Source of the DNA: Candidatus Poribacteria bacterium
GTDB taxonomy: Bacteria; Poribacteria; WGA-4E; PCPOR2b
NCBI GenBank assembly: GCA_965208325.1
Contig: OZ242326.1
Coordinates: 416,001 to 480,000, forward strand
Direction of reading: 5' to 3'
Length of the DNA stretch: 64,000 nucleotides
Translations under genes and position numbers: made by a program
Part shown: piece by piece, positions 40,166 to 49,407 of the stretch
Numbering within the stretch: position 1 is the stretch's first letter
How the letters are laid out: every line of letters starts with the position of its first letter
Notes under the pieces: generated by a model
What the model saw: only the letters and a program-made list of their open reading frames with translations
Told to the model about the DNA's origin: nothing
Database searches by the model: none

Positions 40166-40951
40166 ATGCTCTCGGAACAGCAAATAACCGACTTTCACAC
40201 CTTCGGGTTTTTAATCATCCGTCAGTTGTTTAGTCCAGATGAGCTTCAGACCATTAACGCTGAGTTCGACTTTGCGATGGACACTTCCTACCGCCATGCA
40301 CCTTTTGACGGTACGCGCCGTCATTGGGTTACTATGGTAGGTCCGCAAACTCCTTTTTTTGCCTCGTTGCTTGAAGACCCTCGATTTTGTACTGTGGCAG
40401 AGCAGCTATACGGAGAAGACGTTATCGGCGCCGTTAGCGATGCGAACCGTTACGTTAGGGAATCAAATTGGCACCGCGATACGGGGAACAGGCATCAATA
40501 CGGCGTCAAATTCGCGTATTACCTGCAACCGGTGGGAGCGGAAACCGGCGCGCTGCGCGTAATACCGGGGTCGCATAAGCATCCGATTAGTGACGACCTG
40601 GCGCACTATTTTAGCCAATCCGAGCTAGACATCCAAGACGTTCCCGCCTACGTATGCGAATCGGAACCGGGCGACGTAGTTGCATTTGACCTGCGTTGTT
40701 ATCATGCGAGTTGGGGTGGTTCTAAGGACCGCCGGATGTGCACGGTGGTTTATTACAACAACCCAAAGTCTCCCGAAGAGGAGGACGCAACCCGGGTGCA
40801 AGTGGGAGGCTTTGCTACATCCGGAACCCCGGCAAGTTTTAACCGTCCGGACGATCCATTTTACGATCCGCACTGGATTGCAAACAGTGAGCGTAGCGTG
40901 AAACGCAAACGGTGGCTGGATCGCATGCGGGAGTTGGGATGCGCCATTTGA
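40166..40951 (+). CDS. PhyH family Fe(II)/2OG oxygenase
   Basis: FHTFGFL, WHRD, GALRVIPGSH, PGDVVAFDLRCYH. Confidence 0.9.
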   Translation: MLSEQQITDFHTFGFLIIRQLFSPDELQTINAEFDFAMDTSYRHAPFDGTRRHWVTMVGPQTPFFASLLEDPRFCTVAEQLYGEDVIGAVSDANRYVRESNWHRDTGNRHQYGVKFAYYLQPVGAETGALRVIPGSHKHPISDDLAHYFSQSELDIQDVPAYVCESEPGDVVAFDLRCYHASWGGSKDRRMCTVVYYNNPKSPEEEDATRVQVGGFATSGTPASFNRPDDPFYDPHWIANSERSVKRKRWLDRMRELGCAI

Positions 40952-41021
40952 AAGGGTTTCATTTGTGAGTGCGGTTTTCCCGCCAAAGCCGTCGTTTTTG
41001 ACATCCCGCCCGATAGAAAGT

Positions 41022-41786
41022 TTACTCCGCCTCGTAACATGCCTCTTTCAAAAAAGCTAACATCTGCAACCGCTTTGGTGTTGCGTCCTCAAACAGCTCG
41101 CGGGTATAGTAGGTCCAACCGTGCGATGCATCATGATGGTAGAGCCATTTGATATACTCCTCCTCTTCCCGGGTCTGCGGATTCTGGACATAGTTAATGT
41201 AAACGCCTTTTCGAGGCGTTTCGCTAAACGCTGCGTGATAGCACTTTACATTAAAAACTACAGCGTCCCCTGGATCAGACTCAATTGGATAGGCGCCCGG
41301 CACATCTTTACCTAACGGCAGGACAGACTCGCCATACTTCTGCATCCGTTCTCGATACGGCAAAAATTGGCTGCCCGGAAGTACGCATAGACAACCGGTA
41401 TTCGCCCGAACGGGATTGAGAAAAAGCACCACTTTGAGATGAGTCTGCCCCTCCGGCGCCACCGAGTCGTGGTGCCAACGCGTCCCGCCAAAGTGATGAA
41501 TCCCCTCTGAGACAGTAAAAACAAAGTCTTTCCCTAGCAGGCCTTCCACAACTTCGTGGATGTTGTCATGATCGAGGAGTCGATGGTACACCGCTGGGTT
41601 GTGACGGTAGAACGGTACGACCTGCTGTCGCCGCGGCGCATGCTGCCAGGGCACACCTCCGTTTGCCGCCGTCATCGTTTCATCGAACGCATCAATGAAA
41701 GTGTTCATTTCTTCGGGCGGGATGAGGTTTTTCAAACGGAGAAATCCGAGGGTTTCAAATTGATGTTTTTGTGCATCGGTAAGCAT
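41022..41786 (-). CDS. PhyH family Fe(II)/2OG oxygenase
   Basis: FETLGFL, WHHD, GCLCVLPGSQ, PGDAVVFNVKCYH. Confidence 0.9.
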   Translation of the reverse strand: MLTDAQKHQFETLGFLRLKNLIPPEEMNTFIDAFDETMTAANGGVPWQHAPRRQQVVPFYRHNPAVYHRLLDHDNIHEVVEGLLGKDFVFTVSEGIHHFGGTRWHHDSVAPEGQTHLKVVLFLNPVRANTGCLCVLPGSQFLPYRERMQKYGESVLPLGKDVPGAYPIESDPGDAVVFNVKCYHAAFSETPRKGVYINYVQNPQTREEEEYIKWLYHHDASHGWTYYTRELFEDATPKRLQMLAFLKEACYEAE

Positions 41787-41858
41787 GTTGTACCTCCCGT
41801 GGAAGCGATGTGGAAAACGTATGTCAAGCTAACAACCTGTTTGCCGTTGTGCCGCTAA

Positions 41859-42830
41859 TCATCCATCGATACGATAAAGCGGCGTGAGTCCTTGCGCGAG
41901 GCGGTCGACATTTTCGGCCGCGCACGCTGCACGCTTCAGAGATGTTTGGTACGTGACCCCTGCGATATGCGGAGTCACAACGACGTTGGGGAGCTGGAAC
42001 ACGGGAAGATTCGGATCGGGCGGTTCTTGAGCGAATACATCAAGACCTGCACCGCCGAGTTTGCCATTGGAAAGCGCCTGATGCAGCGCGGACTCGTCCA
42101 CTAGTGCGCCGCGGGCGACATTAATGAGACACGCCGTGGATTTCATCAGGGCGATGCGGCGAGCATCCATAATGCGGCGTGTTGCCGGGTTTAAGTGAAG
42201 ATGCAGTGAGAGAAAATCGCTTTCGGATACCACATCGTCCAAATCAGCGGGAGTTCCCATCAAATTGGGTTTTATCTCCCGAAGAATTTCCGGCTCTATG
42301 GTTCGGACATCAATTGCCAAGATGCGCATTCCAAAAGCCTTTGCCCGCCGTGCGAGTTCCTGTCCACTGGCGCCAAAACCGATAACCCCTAAATTCAGCC
42401 CGTTAAGCTCGCGCCCCACGGCTTCGTTAAAGACCCCAGACTCAAAATTTGAAGCGGCTTGGGGGTATTTATGTGCGAGCATCAAGATAAACATGAATGC
42501 GGTTTCAGCCAATGCGATGCTGCTAAATTGGCCTGGGCAGTTGGCAACGGCAATGCACCGCGCACGGATGTAATCCAGATCGAAATGGTCAAATCCCGTT
42601 CCTAAAATTTGCCACAAACGAGCATCCGTTGCAGCGTCCATCATTTCGCGAGTGCCAACGCTTCCTCCGTGATCGATAACTACGTCCACGCCATCGAACT
42701 GGGGAACAATAGGGTGGGACTCGTCAAAGACGGATAGGTCGTGGCGGCCGCTTATGGCTTGGATAACATCATCACACCACGGATGAAAAAGCCGCGTTAG
42801 CGGTAGCAGGAGCACTTTTTGGCGAGGCAT
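41859..42830 (-). CDS. D-isomer-specific 2-hydroxyacid dehydrogenase family protein
   Basis: GVIGFGASG, LINVARG, GAGLDVF..EP, TPHIAG. Confidence 0.92.
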   Translation of the reverse strand: MPRQKVLLLPLTRLFHPWCDDVIQAISGRHDLSVFDESHPIVPQFDGVDVVIDHGGSVGTREMMDAATDARLWQILGTGFDHFDLDYIRARCIAVANCPGQFSSIALAETAFMFILMLAHKYPQAASNFESGVFNEAVGRELNGLNLGVIGFGASGQELARRAKAFGMRILAIDVRTIEPEILREIKPNLMGTPADLDDVVSESDFLSLHLHLNPATRRIMDARRIALMKSTACLINVARGALVDESALHQALSNGKLGGAGLDVFAQEPPDPNLPVFQLPNVVVTPHIAGVTYQTSLKRAACAAENVDRLAQGLTPLYRIDG

Positions 42831-43135
42831 AATTTACGTTATGTTGCTGTTTGGTCGTGGTCTACTAACGGTCACTTGATACAAGCGTATCAAAACAACA
42901 TTCCTTCTGAAATTTATCACTAATTCTACCAAATGCAAGAATGGATTCTCAAGAAAATTGCGGTGATGGTTCGAACTAAAGATACCAATTGTACAGTTCG
43001 CATTCTGGTGATTGTTATCGCATGAAGCGTAGATGATTTCTACCAAGGACTCGCCGCAAAAACTAACTGGATAAAATCGTTTTGCCGTTATTGGCATTTC
43101 GGCATAATCACAAATTCATCGAACTGCGTTTTGTA

Positions 43136-43164
43136 TTGACTGAGCGGATCGACAGCAGTATTAT
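43136..43164 (+). promoter_or_regulatory. Putative sigma70 promoter
   Basis: TTGACT-N17-TATTAT upstream of the membrane-protein gene. Confidence 0.5.
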
Positions 43165-43283
43165 AGCGCTGAACCAAATTTATTACTAAGGAATCCTCAC
43201 GTATTTGATTCGGGGCGTTAAATCTCTATGGCAATTCCTGGGTTTAACGACAGTTCTACTCGTTTCCTCAAATTTGCGCGTAC

Positions 43284-45191
43284 TTGAAAATCATGATTGA
43301 AATGAAATCGAGCAAACGGGACATTACTTTCAAATCCATCCTCATCGGCCTGATACTGGTTGGATTAAATGCCTACTGGATAAGCATTGCCAGCCAACTC
43401 TGGGGTTCACACCCAAACCTAATGACACCCTTTTCGAACGTCATTTTTAGCATCGTCCCTTTTATTTTGCTCAACTTTTTGTTTTCCCGCGTCTCGCGAA
43501 AAACACTGTTTTCCCGCTCGGAACTATTAGTGATGTACGTTATGGCTACCATGGTGACCACGGTGTCCGGGCACGCCTTCATAGAGGTCCTGATATCCGC
43601 GATGGGGCATCCGTTTTGGTTCGCTTCGCCTGAAAACGAGTGGGAACAACTCTTCTGGCGGTTTGTTCCGTCTTGGTTCACAGTGCAAGACCTTACCGTA
43701 GTCAGAGGATACATTGTAGGCGAATCTTCTATTTTTATCGGCAAACATATCCGGGCTTGGCTTCTCCCTGTCGGGGCATGGTCGGTGTTTATCTTTGTTC
43801 TGTTGCTTGCCCTGTTGTGCATGAACGTTATTCTTCGAAAGCAATGGACAGAGCGGGAAAAACTCAGCTATCCATTGATTGAGCTGCCGCTGGCAATCAC
43901 CCAAGACAACTTTCGATTCTTCCGTTCTAAGATAATGTGGGTAGGTTTTAGCATCGCCGCGGGGATTCGAACACTCAACGGACTCAATAGCCTATATCCC
44001 ATAGTCCCTGCAGTTCCAACCGGTTACGCTGTCGGGGGCTTTTCCATGGAGCCGTGGAGCGCCGTTGGTTACACGTCGTTTTCTTTCAATTTGTCGATGC
44101 TGGGCCTAACCTATTTCATGCCGTTGGACTTGCTATTTTCCTGTTGGTTCTTTTATTGGCTTGGCAAAGCAGAACACGTCGTCGCGGGAATTTATGGCTG
44201 GCGCGAACTCCATCTCAACGAGCGATCCGCGGGCAGTTGGGTCGGAATGGGCTTAATCGCCATTTGGATTGGGCGCCGATATCTTATCTCCGTCGTCAAA
44301 CAAACCGCCGGATGGGGTTCCCAACTGGACGAATCGCGAGAACCGATGCGTTACCGCACCGCCGTAGTCTTACTACTGTTGAGTTTCGTGTTTCTATTTC
44401 TCTTTTGCTATCAAGCCGGCATGTCGCCGTGGGCAATCGCCGCATTTTATTTCTTATTCTTTGTGATGGCGCTTGGACTGACGCGCGTTAGGGCAGAATT
44501 AGGGCCGCCGTACCATGAGGTGATTTTCGTCAATCCTCGGCAAGTGATGACTGAAGTTTTCGGTTCAAAGCGCTTGGGAGGACCCAACCTCGTCGTATTG
44601 ACATTTCTTTACGCCTTCAATCGATGCAACCGCTCTCATCCGATGCCAAACCAACTAGAATCGCTAAAAATTGGCGAGCAGTCGGGCATGAATCCCTCCA
44701 AATTGGTGTTTGCCATGATTCTGGCGATCGGCGTCGGCACAGTGGCAACGTTTGCGGCTTACTATCAAGTTGGATACGAACATGGGTTATCCGGCAGAGG
44801 GTATCTCGATTATTTGGGTTGGGAATGTTTCAACCCGCTTCAGTCGTGGCTGCAATTTCCAAGCGTTACGAACTGGACGAGCGTTGGTTTTATGTCCGGT
44901 GGATTCGGATTCGTGTTGTTACTGATGGCGATGCGCCGGGCATTCTTCTGGTGGCCATTCCATCCGGCGGGATACGTCTTGCTTGGCGGTACATGGGGAG
45001 GGATGATCTATTTTTGGTTTCCACTTTTCGTCAGTTGGACGATTAAAGCGCTGATACTGAGATACGGCGGGATTGGTTCCTACCGAAAAGCGGCGCCGCT
45101 ATTTTTGGGATTGGTGTTGGGTGACAAGGTGTTATGGGGAGTATGGAGCATTGCCAGCTACCTGTTGAATACGAAAATATCCATGGTGTAG
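43284..45191 (+). CDS. Polytopic membrane protein (DUF6785/DUF6784-like putative transporter)
   Basis: Many TM segments; RKQWTEREKLSYP, RVRAELG, WWPFHPAGY, LILRYGG; start uncertain (43284-43302). Confidence 0.75.
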   Translation: MKIMIEMKSSKRDITFKSILIGLILVGLNAYWISIASQLWGSHPNLMTPFSNVIFSIVPFILLNFLFSRVSRKTLFSRSELLVMYVMATMVTTVSGHAFIEVLISAMGHPFWFASPENEWEQLFWRFVPSWFTVQDLTVVRGYIVGESSIFIGKHIRAWLLPVGAWSVFIFVLLLALLCMNVILRKQWTEREKLSYPLIELPLAITQDNFRFFRSKIMWVGFSIAAGIRTLNGLNSLYPIVPAVPTGYAVGGFSMEPWSAVGYTSFSFNLSMLGLTYFMPLDLLFSCWFFYWLGKAEHVVAGIYGWRELHLNERSAGSWVGMGLIAIWIGRRYLISVVKQTAGWGSQLDESREPMRYRTAVVLLLLSFVFLFLFCYQAGMSPWAIAAFYFLFFVMALGLTRVRAELGPPYHEVIFVNPRQVMTEVFGSKRLGGPNLVVLTFLYAFNRCNRSHPMPNQLESLKIGEQSGMNPSKLVFAMILAIGVGTVATFAAYYQVGYEHGLSGRGYLDYLGWECFNPLQSWLQFPSVTNWTSVGFMSGGFGFVLLLMAMRRAFFWWPFHPAGYVLLGGTWGGMIYFWFPLFVSWTIKALILRYGGIGSYRKAAPLFLGLVLGDKVLWGVWSIASYLLNTKISMV

Positions 45192-45234
45192 TAACGTAAG
45201 TCGAATAATTTCCCAAATTCTATAGCCGCAGACC

Positions 45235-46632
45235 TTACAGCAACCGTTGTGTCCGCCTTTCCCACTCGTCACAAGTCGCATGGGTGCGTTGAACAGATGC
45301 CCCGATATACGTTGTCGAATCTCGAAGGATTTCCCGTTGCTTTTCGGTCAGCTTATCAAGGAAAGGGTGCAGTGCTTCGTCAGCCCAGAGAAGGTCGTTC
45401 AAGGCTCGCCCTGTCCGATGGACCTCAGCCACTAGTTTGCGGGTGTGATTGTAGGCATCGGGGAATCCGTGATACGCCATCAAGAGGTATATCGGCTCGG
45501 CAACGGTATCGCCGGCACTCATCGCCAGATTTTGACGCATGTTATCCGACTTCACGTCCATTTCGTTCAACGCCCGCTGCAACCTATAAATGGTGTAGTC
45601 AAATGCCGTGAACAACTCCATCAAGAAGCGGCTTGAAGCGGAGTTAGTCAAGTCCCGTTGATGTTCCAAGATTCCATCCATAAATACCGTTGTCATACGC
45701 GGCATGAATGCCTTCCATAGACTCTTGATAGTCTCAAAATCTTCCGGGTTGAGTTTGTGAGGCATCGTCGAAGAGCCGACTAGCTGCGTGTCGTACTTTT
45801 TGCTAATCTCAGCGATCTCTGTACGGTAGAGATGCCGTATATCGTCCGCAAAATTTGCAAGGATTGTGTAAGCGGACATGATTGCATACGCCAAATCTGC
45901 CAGGAATTCAGGCTCTATACATTGTGTGGAAGTGTGGGTGTCGGAGGCTTTCAAACCGAGTTGCTCTAGTAAATCGGCTTCGATTTGTTCAGGTTGTTCC
46001 GTAATCATTGAAAGCCCGTTGAAGGCGCCGACCGCGCCGGAAAACTGTCCGCGGAGATTTCGGCATGCTGCATCTATCAATTCGATTCGATTCCCAATGC
46101 GGCTGACATAGAGCGAAAGTGCGTACCCGAAAGTAATAGGTTCCGCATGTTGGCCATGCGTTCGCCCAATTTGCACGGTTTCCGCATGTTCACGCGCCAA
46201 CTCAATTAGCCGGCTTTCGAGCGCGATGAGATCGGGAAGGATGACTTTCCGCGTTAGATCTTTGTAACGCAACGCGGAAGCCGTATCGAGAATATCCGCC
46301 GAGGTTGCAAAGAGATGCACATACGGACGCGATTCGGGACTGATTTTTCTTTGAATGACGTTGACGAGCGATCGGATGTTGTGGCGAATCCGCGCCTGTT
46401 CTTCGTAGACCTCCGTTGCCGTTACTTCCGATACCGCGCGCTCGACATCATCGGCGATTTCGTGCGAGCAGACACCATGCTTGGCAAGCGTCCGCACTAG
46501 TGCGGCTTCAACTTTCGCTTGATATTTGACGTAGCCTGCTTCAGAGACGTAAGGCAGCAGCCTTTTCATAAAGGCCTCGCTGCCGCCGTAATACCTAAAG
46601 TCAAGCGGGCTGACTGCTTCGTACAGTTCCAT
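45235..46632 (-). CDS. purB: Adenylosuccinate lyase
   Basis: SPLDFRY, ATSADI, GRTHGQHA, GSSTMPHKLNP, HQRDLTNS. Confidence 0.9.
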   Translation of the reverse strand: MELYEAVSPLDFRYYGGSEAFMKRLLPYVSEAGYVKYQAKVEAALVRTLAKHGVCSHEIADDVERAVSEVTATEVYEEQARIRHNIRSLVNVIQRKISPESRPYVHLFATSADILDTASALRYKDLTRKVILPDLIALESRLIELAREHAETVQIGRTHGQHAEPITFGYALSLYVSRIGNRIELIDAACRNLRGQFSGAVGAFNGLSMITEQPEQIEADLLEQLGLKASDTHTSTQCIEPEFLADLAYAIMSAYTILANFADDIRHLYRTEIAEISKKYDTQLVGSSTMPHKLNPEDFETIKSLWKAFMPRMTTVFMDGILEHQRDLTNSASSRFLMELFTAFDYTIYRLQRALNEMDVKSDNMRQNLAMSAGDTVAEPIYLLMAYHGFPDAYNHTRKLVAEVHRTGRALNDLLWADEALHPFLDKLTEKQREILRDSTTYIGASVQRTHATCDEWERRTQRLL

Positions 46633-46689
46633 ATAATTTTTGCTCCTAATAAGAAGACTCTATTCGGCGGTTTAACAATAATCGTTAAA

Positions 46690-47709
46690 TCAGCCAGCGT
46701 GCGCCGTGTCATGAACAAAAACCCCGGCTCTAGCAGCGGCCTCAATCGCCTTTTGGGGGTCAACAACCGTGGGACCGTTGCGATTGAACCGAACGCGTAC
46801 GCTTGCTCCCGGCTTCACCTCAATTTCGCGTTCACCGTCAAGCGCGAGCACACATGCCTTTTGACGACGGAGCACAACCTCGTCATGGGCAGACAAAAGT
46901 CGGTGTTCAGCGAGGCTCACACGGCGAATAACGCCAGGCGCTATCGGGGCGAGCACCTCCCGTCCTCCCGGTTCCATTCGGAGATAAAGACCGTGTTCGG
47001 AAGAACCGTTCTTGCCTAATATATGCGCACCGATAGAAGAAAGTCCAATAGTGCCTGCTTGAGTACGAGTCGAGATTACCGCTTTTATTTTGGACGCATC
47101 CCAGATAGCGCCGGAGGCAATGAACTGCTCATCGTAGATTGCCGCATCTACCAGAGCAATATCATCCGGCGAATCAGCGATCTGTACTTGGTCCGGATCT
47201 TCACAATAGATGTCGAGTCGCGGTACTTGGTTTACCGCCTCGTCTGCCAACCCGCACGCGACCAAGCCCGCTGCGATGCCGGCGACGGTACCTTCAGTCA
47301 TCGTTGGGAAGACGTTGTTGGTACCCGTGGAAATCGGCATGAGGGGAACGTCCTCGCAAGCTTTTGCCACACTGCGGTTGGTGCCATCCCCGCCCAATGT
47401 GACGATGCAGTTGACATTGTGCGCCACCATGCACGCCGATGCCTGCGTCGAATCCTTACTAGTGCTAGTTACCGGCAAGGGCAGGACGGAAGAGTCAAAC
47501 CGCAAGTCTAGCCCGTCAAGGGCTTTCTCCCCGATGCAGAACGAATCAGGCATTATCAAAACTCGTTTGACGCCAGTCGCGTCCAACCCTAACAACAGCC
47601 GTCGGACAATATTGACCTTCTCATTATTGTTGAATGCCGTACCATGTGCCACGAGTCGGCGGATGTCTTTGCCCGATGCCGGGTTAGCGATGATGCCAAC
47701 GCTGTTCAT
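46690..47709 (-). CDS. ATP-NAD kinase / AcoX-like protein
   Basis: GIIANPASGKDIRRLVA, LGGDGTNR, STGTNNVFP, ALDGERE. Confidence 0.85.
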   Translation of the reverse strand: MNSVGIIANPASGKDIRRLVAHGTAFNNNEKVNIVRRLLLGLDATGVKRVLIMPDSFCIGEKALDGLDLRFDSSVLPLPVTSTSKDSTQASACMVAHNVNCIVTLGGDGTNRSVAKACEDVPLMPISTGTNNVFPTMTEGTVAGIAAGLVACGLADEAVNQVPRLDIYCEDPDQVQIADSPDDIALVDAAIYDEQFIASGAIWDASKIKAVISTRTQAGTIGLSSIGAHILGKNGSSEHGLYLRMEPGGREVLAPIAPGVIRRVSLAEHRLLSAHDEVVLRRQKACVLALDGEREIEVKPGASVRVRFNRNGPTVVDPQKAIEAAARAGVFVHDTAHAG

Positions 47710-47902
47710 TCTAGTGATAGATATTCCGTCACAAGTAAGGTGGGACATCCGTGTGCGAACAATCGGGGCTAGGAAGCCCCTCCCACAGACTTGGAGTACA
47801 CCGTCAGATGTAGGACGGACATCCCTGTTCCGAGAATTGTGGCTAGAGAGCCACGCCTACGGATTTGGGGTGTGCACGAGATTAGAGCGCGGTTCGCACC
47901 TT

Positions 47903-48241
47903 TCAAACGCGAATGATTAAGGTGTAATCTGGGCCTTCAGCTTGTCCTTCTCTTTTGGTAATGTTGAGATAAAGTGATTCGTCTTCATTAAGCGTCCACC
48001 CACTCATATGCGAACCGACTTTCAGAGGTTTCACGAGGGGTTCAGTGGAATCTGAGCGAAGAGCGCATTCAACGCTTTCGCATGCCGTCAGGTGCACATG
48101 GACATCAAGCGGACACTCCGCAATGCGGTTGGTGTAAAGCGCGAACTCGCCCGTCGCACTGCCCACAGTACCGGAACCCTCATAGATAAACTGATCTTCA
48201 CCCGTAACTTTAAGAACCGTTTGCATAAGATTCTCTCCCAC
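47903..48241 (-). CDS. Hypothetical protein
   Basis: 112-aa ORF co-oriented within a minus-strand gene run; no recognised motif. Confidence 0.55.
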   Translation of the reverse strand: MGENLMQTVLKVTGEDQFIYEGSGTVGSATGEFALYTNRIAECPLDVHVHLTACESVECALRSDSTEPLVKPLKVGSHMSGWTLNEDESLYLNITKREGQAEGPDYTLIIRV

Positions 48242-48308
48242 GTCATATTGCTAAGTATTCACAACATCAGAGTTTTCCGTTTTGAACTCGGCAGCGCCAT
48301 TTCACCCG

Positions 48309-49346
48309 TTATAGCGTGTTGACCATCACCTTTACCGAGCCAGTCTTTTTGTCGAGCGCGGTTTCAAAGGCGTCAGGCGTATGCTCTAGTTTGAAGCGGT
48401 GTGTGACCAATTCCCGCGGGCGGACTTTTCCGGACACGATGAGATCCGAGGCGATTTCGTAGTCATGGCGCCCATCAACAGCGCTGTAACATACAGCAAA
48501 GATGAATGTGACTTCTTTGCCTAGTGCACTTCCAAGGTTTACAGGTACCGGATCAGGAAACACCCCCGTAACGATGACTTTTCCTTTGGGTTTAACCACA
48601 CTGACGGACTGGTCTACACTGGGTGCCGATCCGCCAACGGTTTCGATGACAACGTCAATTTGCTGATCCCCCGCAACTTCCTTGACCTGTTCAGGCAAAT
48701 TCCTGTCTTCCAGTCTGATTACGCCGTCCGCACCCATCCGCTCAGCCATATCCGCTTGGACATCGTATTTCGCAACGATGTACGCCGCACCTGCGCCGAA
48801 GGCTTTGGCAACGGCTAGACTCAACAGCCCAATCGTGCCTGCGCCCAAAACGAGCACGGTGTCGCCAGGCTTCAACCCGCCATACCGCCATGCGTGCACA
48901 CCGACTGCGACGGGTTCCACCATTGCGCCGTCTTCATAGGAGAGAGTGTCAGGCAAACGGTCCAGCCCCAACCCTTGAACCTCCATATATTCGGCGAACC
49001 CGCCGCCCCAGGGTACCCGATCCTTGTTGGGGCAATGGAAAAATTGACCGGTAAGGCATATCGGACAGTTCCCGCAAGCGTGGTGGCGGGTTAGATCCAC
49101 ACAAACGCGATCGCCTGGGCTGAGGTTACCGGCACCCTCGCCGACTTCTACAACCTCGCCGCTGACTTCATGCCCAAGTACGGTGGGGTCGGCATAGGGT
49201 CGGGCTGAATACCAATGAAGGTCGGAGCCGCAAACGCCGCTGCTGACGACCTTGATTACGGCAGTACCCGCCTTTGACCGAGCGACGTCTACCTCTTCAA
49301 CACGCATGTCGCGGGCATCATACATCACAGCCGCTCTCATATTCAT
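48309..49346 (-). CDS. Zinc-dependent alcohol/threonine/sorbitol dehydrogenase (MDR family)
   Basis: GVCGSD, GHE.SG, CGNCPIC...C, GAGTIG; AAGGAG RBS before ATG 49346. Confidence 0.92.
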   Translation of the reverse strand: MNMRAAVMYDARDMRVEEVDVARSKAGTAVIKVVSSGVCGSDLHWYSARPYADPTVLGHEVSGEVVEVGEGAGNLSPGDRVCVDLTRHHACGNCPICLTGQFFHCPNKDRVPWGGGFAEYMEVQGLGLDRLPDTLSYEDGAMVEPVAVGVHAWRYGGLKPGDTVLVLGAGTIGLLSLAVAKAFGAGAAYIVAKYDVQADMAERMGADGVIRLEDRNLPEQVKEVAGDQQIDVVIETVGGSAPSVDQSVSVVKPKGKVIVTGVFPDPVPVNLGSALGKEVTFIFAVCYSAVDGRHDYEIASDLIVSGKVRPRELVTHRFKLEHTPDAFETALDKKTGSVKVMVNTL

Positions 49347-49407
49347 ATGGTTGCATTCTCCTTTTGCCGGCGAAACCGAGTCAACGGAAGGGAAAAGCTT
49401 TAGGATT

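Noticed and set aside
42834..43097. 87-aa minus-strand ORF or possible ncRNA in the intergenic gap
   Set aside because: No recognisable motif, RBS or convincing RNA structure
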